NCBI RefSeq assembly: GCF_000981785.2
Contig: NZ_CP011304.1
Span: 1,140,001-1,172,000 of the forward strand
DNA: 32,000 nucleotides
From: Microcystis aeruginosa NIES-2549
GTDB taxonomy: Bacteria > Cyanobacteriota > Cyanobacteriia > Cyanobacteriales > Microcystaceae
Direction of reading: 5' to 3'
Within the stretch, counting starts at the first letter, position 1; each line of letters opens with the position of its first letter. Below the pieces are notes generated by a model. That model worked only from the letters and a program-made list of their open reading frames with translations. It made no database searches and was not told the origin of the DNA. Made by a program: the position numbers and the translations under genes. Positions 16,962 through 25,540 of the stretch are shown in pieces.

Positions 16962-17849
16962 ATGAAACAACTCCTCACTTGCCTTAATTCCCTGACAGTG
17001 GCCAGTGTAGCCACTATCGCTTTGGCCTATCCTAGCATCGCTCAAGTTAATCTCTCCGTTTATCCCGCTCCTTCCTCGTCGAACGAATCCATAGAATTAT
17101 ACGTTCCCCCGCCGGAAAACAATAACATCGATAATACCTGTACTCAATTGATTGGGGCAAATATCGATAAAATTATCAGTCAAGCTCCCAATCAGTGGGG
17201 TATATTAATCGAATCTCTTGATCGCCAAACAGTTATTTATAGTCATAATGCCGATCGCTATTTTATCCCTGCTTCTAATACAAAGTTATTTACCACGGCT
17301 GCCGCTTTACAGGTGATGAACCCGGAAACGACAATTCAGAAAAAATCCCTGCGCGATTGGGTTAATATCACTAATCAGAGAAGTAATAATTTCTACGCTG
17401 ACACTCTTTTTCGCTTTATCGGCGGTGCTAAAAATGTTACTGCCATCTTGGCACAATTGGGTATCAATCCCAGTGGTTTTCGTTTAGCCGATGGTTCGGG
17501 ATTATCCCGCCAGAATACCGCTACTCCCCGCTCAATCGTGGAAATTTTGCGGGTGATGTATTATTCTCCTAATCGCGATACTTTCTATGCTTCCTTACCG
17601 GTGGCGGGTATTAGTGGCACCCTGAGAAACCGAATGCGCCAGACGGCCGCTACTGGCACAGTTTACGCTAAAACTGGCACTCTTACCGGTGTGCGGGCCC
17701 TATCGGGTTATCTAGAAAACCCCAACCAAGGACCGATGTTATTTAGCATTATCGTTAATAATCAACGGGTTTCCGGACAGGCTCTGGTGAAAGCGATCGA
17801 TACTATTGTTCTACAGATGACCGAATCTCGTTCCTGTCAAGCTCAGTAA
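16962..17849 (+). CDS. Secreted PBP4/peptidase S13-like serine hydrolase (D-Ala-D-Ala carboxypeptidase/endopeptidase family), unusually short
   Basis: Signal peptide MKQLLTCLNSLTVASVATIALAYPSIAQ. Motifs: SxxK (PASNTKLF), SxN (ADGSGLSRQN, very close to E. coli DacB DGSGLSRHN) and KTG (YAKTGTL). Only about 75 aa separate SxxK from SxN. Confidence 0.7.
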   Translation: MKQLLTCLNSLTVASVATIALAYPSIAQVNLSVYPAPSSSNESIELYVPPPENNNIDNTCTQLIGANIDKIISQAPNQWGILIESLDRQTVIYSHNADRYFIPASNTKLFTTAAALQVMNPETTIQKKSLRDWVNITNQRSNNFYADTLFRFIGGAKNVTAILAQLGINPSGFRLADGSGLSRQNTATPRSIVEILRVMYYSPNRDTFYASLPVAGISGTLRNRMRQTAATGTVYAKTGTLTGVRALSGYLENPNQGPMLFSIIVNNQRVSGQALVKAIDTIVLQMTESRSCQAQ

Positions 17850-17930
17850 ATCTCTCGTAAAAATCCCCAATTGTCCTGATCAGCTGTCCGCGCATTTAAA
17901 TTGCTTGTGGAGATGAGGCAAGAGTAAAGG

Positions 17931-18197
17931 TTAATAATAGCCATAATCTGCCTCAGTTTGGGTTTGGGTTTGGGGGGAGAGATATTCAAAATTGGAAGGA
18001 TCTCGCAGAAAACGAAATATTTCCTCTTCGAGACGATGAATTAGATAGGGTTCTATGGAACTAGAATCGCGTAAACAGGCTAAATAGCCTTCTACATATA
18101 GCCGGATCTCATCAAAACGGGAGCCACGGTGCCAAAGATCCACCATGTCATCGGTTAGTCTTTGATAGTAACGAATGGATTGGGTATCTTGGAGCAT
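17931..18197 (-). CDS. Small conserved hypothetical protein (88 aa)
   Basis: ATG at 18195-18197. The composition looks coding and there is no repeat content. The function was not recognised. Confidence 0.5.
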   Translation of the reverse strand: MLQDTQSIRYYQRLTDDMVDLWHRGSRFDEIRLYVEGYLACLRDSSSIEPYLIHRLEEEIFRFLRDPSNFEYLSPQTQTQTEADYGYY

Positions 18198-18340
18198 GGG
18201 CAGTAGAACAAAAAAAAGAGAGTGGGGGTAAGTGTTTATGGATCATCGTAGGGAGAATTGCTATTCTCGGTTCCCGATACCTCTATTGTACTCACCAAAT
18301 CGGCAAAACACAGACAAGAGAATTTTCAGTGATCAGTAAA

Positions 18341-18385
18341 GGGTGTGGGGTGTGGGGTGTGGGGTGTGGGGTGTGGGGTGTGGGG
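18341..18385. repeat. (GGGGTGT)n heptanucleotide array, about 6.4 copies
   Basis: A perfect tandem array of the same unit as 11070-11093. It generates the spurious track ORF 18292..18498 (PHTPHPTPHTPHP). Confidence 0.95.
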
Positions 18386-18410
18386 AGAAGGGAGAATAAA
18401 TAAAGGCAAT

Positions 18411-18452
18411 CTCCTGAATCCTGTCTCCTGAATCCTGTCTCCTGTCTCCTGC
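18411..18452. repeat. Tandem CTCCTGAATCCTGT x2 followed by CTCCTGT and CTCCTG (heptamer-derived array)
   Basis: Read directly from the sequence. It lies 12 nt downstream of the M48 protease stop codon. Confidence 0.85.
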
Positions 18453-18463
18453 CTTCGTATAGA

Positions 18464-19429
18464 TTATTCATAGTTTCTTTGTCTTTTTGCCCGTTCAATT
18501 TCTGCTTGTAGTTCTGCTATTTGTCGCTGCAATCTTTCGCTTTCCCTATCATTAGCATCAACATTAATCGAGCTTTTTACCCCTGTTTTGGCATAGTTTC
18601 CCCGGCGAATTTGACGATAGGATTCCGAGTTAAACCATTCCTGTAGATAATGCACTCTTTCTACGGAAAAAGGATGAGTTAAAAAGGAACCATTACCGCC
18701 ATTATAAATGATAAATTTATAAATCTGGTTTAAGTTATCTTGGTCTAATTGTCGGTAGGCTTCCCCTTGGCGAATAAATTCTTCTAAGTTGCATTCATGC
18801 AGATATTTTTGACTTCCTCCTGCACATTTCATTAAAGTTCTCAGGACTAAATTTAAATCATCGGTAACTAATAAAGCGGCTCTGTCTGCGGATAATTCGG
18901 CTTTTCTGCGCCATTCATAAAAGGCATAAACTAGACCGGTAGTAATGGCTTTTCCTAGTCCTAAGGTGATGTCTCCAAGCAAATTAGCCGCCCCCATCAC
19001 CCAAAAAGAAAGTTGAATTAAAATACTATGATCGCATTTTAAATGACCTAATTCGTGGGCAAGAATTACTCGAATTTCTTCTTCATCTAAGAGGTCTAAA
19101 AGGGCAGTATTAAAGACAATATACGGATGTTCTGAACCCAAAGAATAGGCATTCGCTGAAGGGTTTTGACTGACATAAAGATTCGGTTCTGGGGACATAT
19201 CTAAATCCCGCAGACATTGGCGATAGATGCCGTATAAAGTGGCGTATTGACGCGGGCCGACTTTTAGATCATTGCCCATCAATAAAATTTGCTGGGGACG
19301 TTCATAGAGATATTCGGAAAAACTTTTCGCTAATAAGTCAAACCCCGGAACTGATCTTAAGGCCTGTTCAGCCTGCTGATCTAGGGGATGTTTAAAAGCT
19401 TGACTGGAGATATCAGGATAAGTTGGCAT
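18464..19429 (-). CDS. M48-family zinc metalloprotease (HtpX/Ste24-like) with a C-terminal coiled-coil tail
   Basis: HExxH motif AHELGHLKCDH. The C-terminal tail is ERLQRQIAELQAEIERAKRQR. The track start at 19456 is TTG, so ATG at 19427-19429 (MPTYPDISS...) is preferred. Confidence 0.8.
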   Translation of the reverse strand: MPTYPDISSQAFKHPLDQQAEQALRSVPGFDLLAKSFSEYLYERPQQILLMGNDLKVGPRQYATLYGIYRQCLRDLDMSPEPNLYVSQNPSANAYSLGSEHPYIVFNTALLDLLDEEEIRVILAHELGHLKCDHSILIQLSFWVMGAANLLGDITLGLGKAITTGLVYAFYEWRRKAELSADRAALLVTDDLNLVLRTLMKCAGGSQKYLHECNLEEFIRQGEAYRQLDQDNLNQIYKFIIYNGGNGSFLTHPFSVERVHYLQEWFNSESYRQIRRGNYAKTGVKSSINVDANDRESERLQRQIAELQAEIERAKRQRNYE

Positions 19430-19671
19430 ATTAATAAAACCTCTTGTAAAAATCAAAAATTGTTTTTAGGGTTAGGCTTCGGTCGTCGGTCGTTAGTAGT
19501 TATGAGAATTAAGAATGAATAATAATCAATTAAATGGTTTATTTACAGATTTTAGACAATTTAATCCTTATTTTTGCCATTTTTGAACCCTCAAAAATTA
19601 ATTATTCAAGAGTTCTATAGAATAAAAAAGTCAAAATTTGTCCTAAATTGAGCCTATACAAATGCTTGATA

Positions 19672-19769
19672 CATCGGTTATATTAAAGATGAAGTATAAC
19701 CTAATTTGGTATCGACGGCTGACTCCTCAAAAGGAAAACTTTGTACTTCACCATTAAGATAAATGCTAT
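19672..19769. repeat. Roughly 100-bp dispersed (MITE-like) element, copy B
   Basis: TAAAGATGAAGTATAACCTAATTTGGTAT...ATTAAGATAAATGCTAT, with the internal stem GAAGTACAA/TTGTACTTC carrying one mismatch. It ends 12 nt before the stop of minus-strand gene 19781..20560. Confidence 0.75.
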
Positions 19770-19780
19770 ATACCGTAGCA

Positions 19781-20560
19781 TTAATCATTGTAATAGAAGT
19801 TAAAATCTTTTAAGGCTAATATTCTCTGCTTATTTAAGCGATAATGATAGGCCACACGAAACTTTAACTTTTCCCAGTCGCTTTTTTGAATTTTGTTTTT
19901 ACCAGAGGAAAACTTAAGATGTTCGACAAATTCACGCTCGATCATGTCAGACCATTCGCTAGGATAAGTAGGTAAACCTGCTTTCGCCGCGGCTAACCCC
20001 ATTACTGGACCATCTGCACCATGAAGGCGGTGTATTTCTAAATATTTGGCAATTATTCCCCAATAATAAATGAATTCTTCTTCTTTTTTGCGATTTTTTC
20101 CGACAGCAAAGATAAATTCCCCAACATAGGGAGTGTTTTCAAAATCTATATCCAACTTCTGCGCCACTTTCTCATAATAAGGAATATTTTCGGGTTGATA
20201 ACGAGTTAGATGAGCTTTTAGATTTTTGATTGTGCCGAAAACTCCGTCAAGATTATTAAATTGTTCAGGAAACACTAAGGATTTTATTAATCGAATATCC
20301 GTATCAATTTGAATAGTCATGTCGTAGCGTTCTAAGGCTTTCTCAATAGCAAAACGCCTGTCATTATAGGGAAACATGATACTATCCTGAATATGTTTAA
20401 TGGCAATTACGTTACTTAAATCTTGAAAATCCCTTGGCTCATCAGTCAATATCAGATATTGAATACCGGGATGGTATTTTTCCAGATCCCGCGCTACGTT
20501 GACTGCACAGGAACGATACTTTTTGCCGAGAGCTAAACCGCAAAAACAATAACTATTCAT
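19781..20560 (-). CDS. Hypothetical protein, possibly a nucleotide-sugar glycosyltransferase-like protein (DxD)
   Basis: ATG at 20558-20560. The product is 259 aa, with a candidate DxD motif in TIQIDTDIRL. It is co-directional with and immediately downstream of the GT2-GT4 gene. The function was not recognised with confidence. Confidence 0.45.
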   Translation of the reverse strand: MNSYCFCGLALGKKYRSCAVNVARDLEKYHPGIQYLILTDEPRDFQDLSNVIAIKHIQDSIMFPYNDRRFAIEKALERYDMTIQIDTDIRLIKSLVFPEQFNNLDGVFGTIKNLKAHLTRYQPENIPYYEKVAQKLDIDFENTPYVGEFIFAVGKNRKKEEEFIYYWGIIAKYLEIHRLHGADGPVMGLAAAKAGLPTYPSEWSDMIEREFVEHLKFSSGKNKIQKSDWEKLKFRVAYHYRLNKQRILALKDFNFYYND

Positions 20561-20711
20561 TAATCACCGTCTGAATTTTTGTCTAGGTTCAGTCTAGCTT
20601 ATCTTAGAAAATTCGTCAATACAAATCGTCGTTTTCGGGGTTAATTTGGTCAAAATAGGTTTTTAATTCGGCAAAATTATAGACCTGTGGGAGAAATGAG
20701 CTTTATTCTTG

Positions 20712-22847
20712 TTAACTATCCTTAGCAACAATTCCTAGATTCGATAACAAAACTTGTAGGTTAGTTTGCACGGTAGCGGGTTGGTATCTCTTAATAGTTT
20801 CTAGGGAATTATCAGCGAGTTTTTGCCACAATTGCATATTATCATAGAGTTCGATCACTGCGCGGGCAAATTCCTCGGCAGTATCGGCAATTAAAACATC
20901 CTGATGGTCGATTAATCCCATACCTTCGGCCCCAATTTTTGTGGTAATAGTGGGTAATCCTAGGGAAAGACTTTGACCAATTTTACCCTTCATTCCCGCA
21001 CCAAATCGCAGGGGAGCAACAAAAATACGACTCTTTTGAAAATAGGGTTCTACTTCGGGAACATAACCAGTAACAATCACTTTATCACTGGCTAATTCCT
21101 TCACTTCATCCTTGAGGTTACTTCCCAATAAATTAACGGTAATATCAGGACGGGATGCCCAAACTAAGGGCATAATTTCTAAACATAACCACTTAACTGC
21201 ATCAATATTAGGAGGGTGATTATAGCTACCAATAAATACTAAACCCGATCGCTGGTCAAAGGCAACTTTTTCTGACAGGGAAATTTCTTCATGGATATTG
21301 GGGATTACCCAAACATTTTTCACTCCCAAAGAGGATAAAACCTGTTTTTCGTCTTCGGTTACTACCACGGTTGCTTCTGCTTGGTTAGCATAGTTTAACT
21401 CTAATTTCTGATAGGTTTCCCAACTCCAGCTAGTATTTTGGTAACTGGGATCGAGATAGTCTTTTTGTCGTTTTAAACGTAGAAAATGTAGGTCAATTGT
21501 ATCATAAATAATTGGCACTTTTGTTTTTAAGCGAATTAAATCCATATACTTATCGCACAATTCGGGACGACACAACCAAACTCCATCTATCAGGGGTAAA
21601 TATTTGATTAATTTTTCTTCTAGATTATATCTTTGCGCTGTGCCATAAATAACTTCAATTCCCATCTGTTGCAGTACAGAAGTATAGGGTTGTTCAGGAT
21701 AGCCATTATCGGGAAAGAAAATCACTGAATAGCCTAAATTGAGCAGTAGCTTAAGAATATTTAATAAACGCACACAGCCGGATTCTCGATCGTATAGTGG
21801 AACGTAGGAATCGATGACTAAAATTGTCGGTTTTCCTTGTAAACGTCGGGCAGCTTTGGGGACATTATTAGCATCGTTATCTAGGTGTTTAGTTAATACC
21901 TTTGACCATTTTTCTCGAAACTTAGTTTGATTAATAACTTGATATTGTTTTGTCCCACTGGAAAGGTCTGTTCCCGAGGTGATTCCTTCGTAGTGAATGA
22001 CGTTAGATTGGGGTTGATAGAGAACTTGATAACCCAATTCTCGGAGGGCAAAACATAAGTCTGTATCTTCGTAATATGCGGGGATAAAGTCTTGACAAAA
22101 ACCACCCAATTGTTTAAATAAATCCGTAGGAACTAATAAACTGGCCCCCGAACAATAGTCCACGGGACGCACATAATTATATTCTGGTTCATCGGGACTA
22201 TCTAAGCGTCCATAATTCCAACCATCGGCAGAATTCCAGATAATTCCCCCCGCTTCTTGTTGTTTACCATTAGCATAAATTAATTTAGAACCCACCGCAC
22301 CAATTTGGGGATTATTGATAATTAATTTTAATAAACTTTCTAAACAATTTTCCAGAATTCTAGTGTCATTATTGAGAAAATATAGGTATTGACCTTTTGC
22401 TTGACTAGCCCCATAATTACAGGAACGAATAAACCCAGAGTTTTCTGCATTAGTTAATACTTTAATTCCTTTAACTAAAGTGGCTAATTGTTCTAAGGTG
22501 TCATCGCTGGAAGCATCATTAACGATAATTATTTCATAGGCTAAATCAGAACTTAGGTTAACACTCAAGGATTCCAGACAGTTAAAGGTGTAGGCAAATT
22601 GGTTATAAACAGGAATAATAATCGAGACTAAAGGATCATCACTACTGGCAATTTCTAGGGGCCGGGGTTCGGCTAATTTAGCACTTTCGATCACCTGTTC
22701 TTCAAATTCAGAATAACTCTTTCCTGTAAGAATTTTAATAATTTTTCGTTTCGTCTTTTTGAGTGCTGGTTTCCATCCTTCCTCTTGGAGACTAAAGACA
22801 AATTTTTTGAGCAGTTTTTTAACTTTAAAAATAATCATTATTACCAT
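20712..22847 (-). CDS. Bifunctional glycosyltransferase: family 2 domain (N-terminal) fused to a family 4 (GT-B) domain (C-terminal)
   Basis: GT2 signature VSIIIPVYNQ...IIVNDASSDDT...YFLNNDT. C-terminal GT-B signature VAPLRFGAGMKGKIGQSLSLGLPTITTKIGAEGM. The start is set at ATG 22845-22847, which has GGAG 8 nt upstream; the track start at 22871 is TTG. Confidence 0.8.
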   Translation of the reverse strand: MVIMIIFKVKKLLKKFVFSLQEEGWKPALKKTKRKIIKILTGKSYSEFEEQVIESAKLAEPRPLEIASSDDPLVSIIIPVYNQFAYTFNCLESLSVNLSSDLAYEIIIVNDASSDDTLEQLATLVKGIKVLTNAENSGFIRSCNYGASQAKGQYLYFLNNDTRILENCLESLLKLIINNPQIGAVGSKLIYANGKQQEAGGIIWNSADGWNYGRLDSPDEPEYNYVRPVDYCSGASLLVPTDLFKQLGGFCQDFIPAYYEDTDLCFALRELGYQVLYQPQSNVIHYEGITSGTDLSSGTKQYQVINQTKFREKWSKVLTKHLDNDANNVPKAARRLQGKPTILVIDSYVPLYDRESGCVRLLNILKLLLNLGYSVIFFPDNGYPEQPYTSVLQQMGIEVIYGTAQRYNLEEKLIKYLPLIDGVWLCRPELCDKYMDLIRLKTKVPIIYDTIDLHFLRLKRQKDYLDPSYQNTSWSWETYQKLELNYANQAEATVVVTEDEKQVLSSLGVKNVWVIPNIHEEISLSEKVAFDQRSGLVFIGSYNHPPNIDAVKWLCLEIMPLVWASRPDITVNLLGSNLKDEVKELASDKVIVTGYVPEVEPYFQKSRIFVAPLRFGAGMKGKIGQSLSLGLPTITTKIGAEGMGLIDHQDVLIADTAEEFARAVIELYDNMQLWQKLADNSLETIKRYQPATVQTNLQVLLSNLGIVAKDS

Positions 22848-22947
22848 AAATACTCCTCTGGAGAAAACCAATCTTGTGCTAAATTTAAATCTCTTTCTGT
22901 TCTAATATAGCGTTTCCTAAGCTAGTGAGGTACACATATTTTTCTTC

Positions 22948-22977
22948 CCTTTTGACTTTTGCCTCTTGCCTTTTGCC
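22948..22977. repeat. Imperfect (CCTTTTG)n heptanucleotide array, about 4.3 copies (reverse complement of the GGCAAAA family)
   Basis: CCTTTTG ACTTTTG CCTCTTG CCTTTTG CC. It abuts the stop codon of the RHH ORF. The same family occurs at 31512-31543. Confidence 0.8.
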
Positions 22978-23219
22978 TAAAACCCATAACTTTTGTACCT
23001 CAGCAGACTGAAAAACGCTATAATAGCTCCTTCCTTTAATTGTTGCTTGAGGTAGTTTCTCTGTGGTTCCATAATATATAATTTAATCGCTTCATTAATT
23101 AAATTATTATATTCTTTTTCAGGATAATCACTACTTGCCAACCATCGATCGAGAAGTTGCATGGTATCTTCAGGGAGAGTTATCTGAAGTTGTCTGGCCA
23201 TTTTGTTTTTCCTAACCAT
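22977..23219 (-). CDS. Ribbon-helix-helix (CopG/antitoxin-like) small protein with a possibly remodelled C-terminus
   Basis: MARQLQITLPEDTMQLLDRW is a typical RHH beta-strand/helix-1 N-terminus. ATG codons occur at 23219 and 23201. The C-terminal residues IIAFFSLLRYKSYGF run into the heptamer array. No toxin partner ORF is adjacent. Confidence 0.5.
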   Translation of the reverse strand: MVRKNKMARQLQITLPEDTMQLLDRWLASSDYPEKEYNNLINEAIKLYIMEPQRNYLKQQLKEGAIIAFFSLLRYKSYGF

Positions 23220-23256
23220 ATCTAGATAATAACAATTATAAACCCCTAGGGCGATT

Positions 23257-24882
23257 TTAGTTGCTGTCGGGATAAATTCTCGGGGCTGCGGCGATTAATT
23301 TTTGAGTGTAGGGGTGTTGGGGATGGCTAAAAATCTGTTCAGTGTCACCCATTTCAACTATTTTACCCGCAGTCATCACCGCAATTCGATCGCAGAGGAA
23401 TCTCGCTAACCAAAGATCATGAGTTATAAATAAATAAGTGAGATTAAATAACTTTTGTAACTCTAACATTAACTCTAAAACCTGTGTCTGAACACTAGCA
23501 TCAAGCATACTAACCGGTTCATCACAAATAACTAATTCTGGACGAGTAATTAAAGCGCGAGCAATGGCTACCCTTTGCTGTTGTCCTCCCGATAACTCCC
23601 TAGGATAGCGTCGATAAAACTCCTCTGTTGGTGTTAAACCGACTCGCTCTAACATTTCCAAAACCTGCTTTTTAGCGGTTTCTAGACTAATTTTTTGATG
23701 GATCAAAAGCGGATCAGCGATACTTTCTCCCACCGTCATTAGAGGATTGAGACAAGCGAGGGGATCCTGAAAAATCATCTGCATTAAGCGTCTTTTTGGT
23801 CGCATTTTTTCCCCCGACAAGGGGGTTAAATCTTCTCCTAAAAATTCCACTTTTCCCCCGGTGGGTTTAATTAACTGTAATAGGGTTCGCGATAGGGTAC
23901 TTTTCCCACATCCCGATTCCCCAACTAAACCGAATATTTCCCCTCGATACAGTTCAAAATTCACTTCATCCACCGCTTTAATAAATTTCTTTTCTTTCTT
24001 AAAAAAACTATCTAAAAAGTTACCTTCTAGGGTATAATACTGTTTTAAATTATCCACCTTTAACACCGTTTCTTTACCTTGAATTGCTGTTAATTTTTCC
24101 TCCCGCAGCTGTAGGTGTAAAGCAGCGGCCAAAAGAGAACGAGTGTAGGGGTGTTCAGGTGTATTAAAAACTGTTTTTACCGCTCCCGATTCAACAATTT
24201 TGCCCCCCTGCATCACCGCTAATCGATCGCAATATTCTCCCACCAGCGCTAAATCATGGGAAATTAACAATAATCCCATCTGTTCCTCGCTACATAAACG
24301 CTTTAATTCCCGCAGAATTTCCGCCGAAACCGTCACATCTAAACTGGTGGTGGGTTCATCGGCAATAATTAACTTAGGGTTTAATAATAAAGCTAAAGCA
24401 ATAGCCACTCTTTGGCGCATTCCCCCGCTAAATTCGTGAGGATATTGGGACCAACGATTAGCGGGAATTTTCACTTTTTCTAGGACAGTACAAGCTTGAC
24501 TTTTAGCTTGACGATAGGTTAAATTTCCTCGATGGGCTTGCAAAGTTTCCACACAATGATCGCCAATAGTCATCAGCGGATCCAGTCGCGTCATCGGATC
24601 TTGAAACACTAATCCCACCGCTTCCCCGCGAAACTTTTCTAACTGTTTGCTAGACAAAGATAAAAGCGATCGCCCTTCAAAGGTAATCTCCCCTTCCACA
24701 TGAGTGCGATTAGGTAATAACCTTAAAATAGCCTTACCGATGGTCGATTTTCCACAACCAGATTCACCCACTAATCCCAGAGTTTCCCCTTTGCCTATAC
24801 TAAAAGATACCCCATCGATCGCCCAAGCGGGAGAACTTAATTCGGTCGGGTAGGCAATTTTTAGGTCTTTAATTTCCAACAT
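23257..24882 (-). CDS. ABC transporter ATP-binding protein with duplicated NBDs (DppD/OppD-OppF type, peptide/nickel class)
   Basis: Two full cassettes. The first has GESGCGKST / FSGGMRQRVAIA / IIADEP. The second has GESGCGKST / LSGGQQQRVAIA / VICDEP. Each is followed by the Opp/Dpp C-terminal HPYT motif (PEHPYTRSLL, PQHPYTQKLI). Confidence 0.85.
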   Translation of the reverse strand: MLEIKDLKIAYPTELSSPAWAIDGVSFSIGKGETLGLVGESGCGKSTIGKAILRLLPNRTHVEGEITFEGRSLLSLSSKQLEKFRGEAVGLVFQDPMTRLDPLMTIGDHCVETLQAHRGNLTYRQAKSQACTVLEKVKIPANRWSQYPHEFSGGMRQRVAIALALLLNPKLIIADEPTTSLDVTVSAEILRELKRLCSEEQMGLLLISHDLALVGEYCDRLAVMQGGKIVESGAVKTVFNTPEHPYTRSLLAAALHLQLREEKLTAIQGKETVLKVDNLKQYYTLEGNFLDSFFKKEKKFIKAVDEVNFELYRGEIFGLVGESGCGKSTLSRTLLQLIKPTGGKVEFLGEDLTPLSGEKMRPKRRLMQMIFQDPLACLNPLMTVGESIADPLLIHQKISLETAKKQVLEMLERVGLTPTEEFYRRYPRELSGGQQQRVAIARALITRPELVICDEPVSMLDASVQTQVLELMLELQKLFNLTYLFITHDLWLARFLCDRIAVMTAGKIVEMGDTEQIFSHPQHPYTQKLIAAAPRIYPDSN

Positions 24883-24954
24883 GACGCGATCGGTAAAGAT
24901 AAAAGTCAGGACTTAGGGTCAAGTATGCCACACAAACGGCGATCGAGCATTTAA

Positions 24955-25314
24955 TTACTGATCGACAACTTCCCCTAACAAAACCTGACAATACCCCTTT
25001 AAAGTCGCCACTCGCTCGCTAATTATCCGTAAACGCTTCTCCCGTCCTTGCCGGGCCGAGGCCAAAAATAACCAATCCGTCTCCAGCAATCGCCAGGACC
25101 GATATAGTTCCGTCTGGACCGTGCGCCAACGATTAGCCACCTCTGGGCTGAAATTGTCATCATTTAGTGACAATATCTCCCCCTCTAGACAGCTTTGTAA
25201 AGCTTGAAAAGATTGTAACCCCGTGGAGGCATCCCCATCCAGAAGGGCAAGACTGAAATCCTCCAGTTTTCTTAACAAAGATTCGTAGGCTTGATGGTAA
25301 TTTGTCGGTAGCAT
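24955..25314 (-). CDS. Conserved cyanobacterial hypothetical protein (possibly PatD-family)
   Basis: ATG at 25312-25314; the track start at 25323 is TTG. The product is about 119 aa and helical. The PatD-like assignment is from memory of the family pattern (W..VQTE..R..RLL..D..FL) and is unverified. Confidence 0.5.
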   Translation of the reverse strand: MLPTNYHQAYESLLRKLEDFSLALLDGDASTGLQSFQALQSCLEGEILSLNDDNFSPEVANRWRTVQTELYRSWRLLETDWLFLASARQGREKRLRIISERVATLKGYCQVLLGEVVDQ

Positions 25315-25540
25315 CCAATACAAAGCGCGTTAGAATTTGTTACATAAGATTAACGATTTGCCGTCACGGTTGCAAGTCCTCTCTCCTCCCAATCAGAGAC
25401 AAAAACTTAAAAGAATCGCGTCTTTTTCGCCGATCGATCCGATGCCAGTGTTAGAGAGTTAAGTAATCTGGCATCCCTTCGGCCTAATAGTTTTCCAGTT
25501 ATCCGTCTCCTCCCCCCCCTATTATCCCCCCGATCTAACC

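Noticed and set aside
18292-18498. A 68-aa minus-strand ORF with the PHTPHPTPHTPHP repeat.
   Set aside because: It is generated by translating the (GGGGTGT)n and CTCCTGT arrays, and it overlaps the 3' end of the M48 gene.
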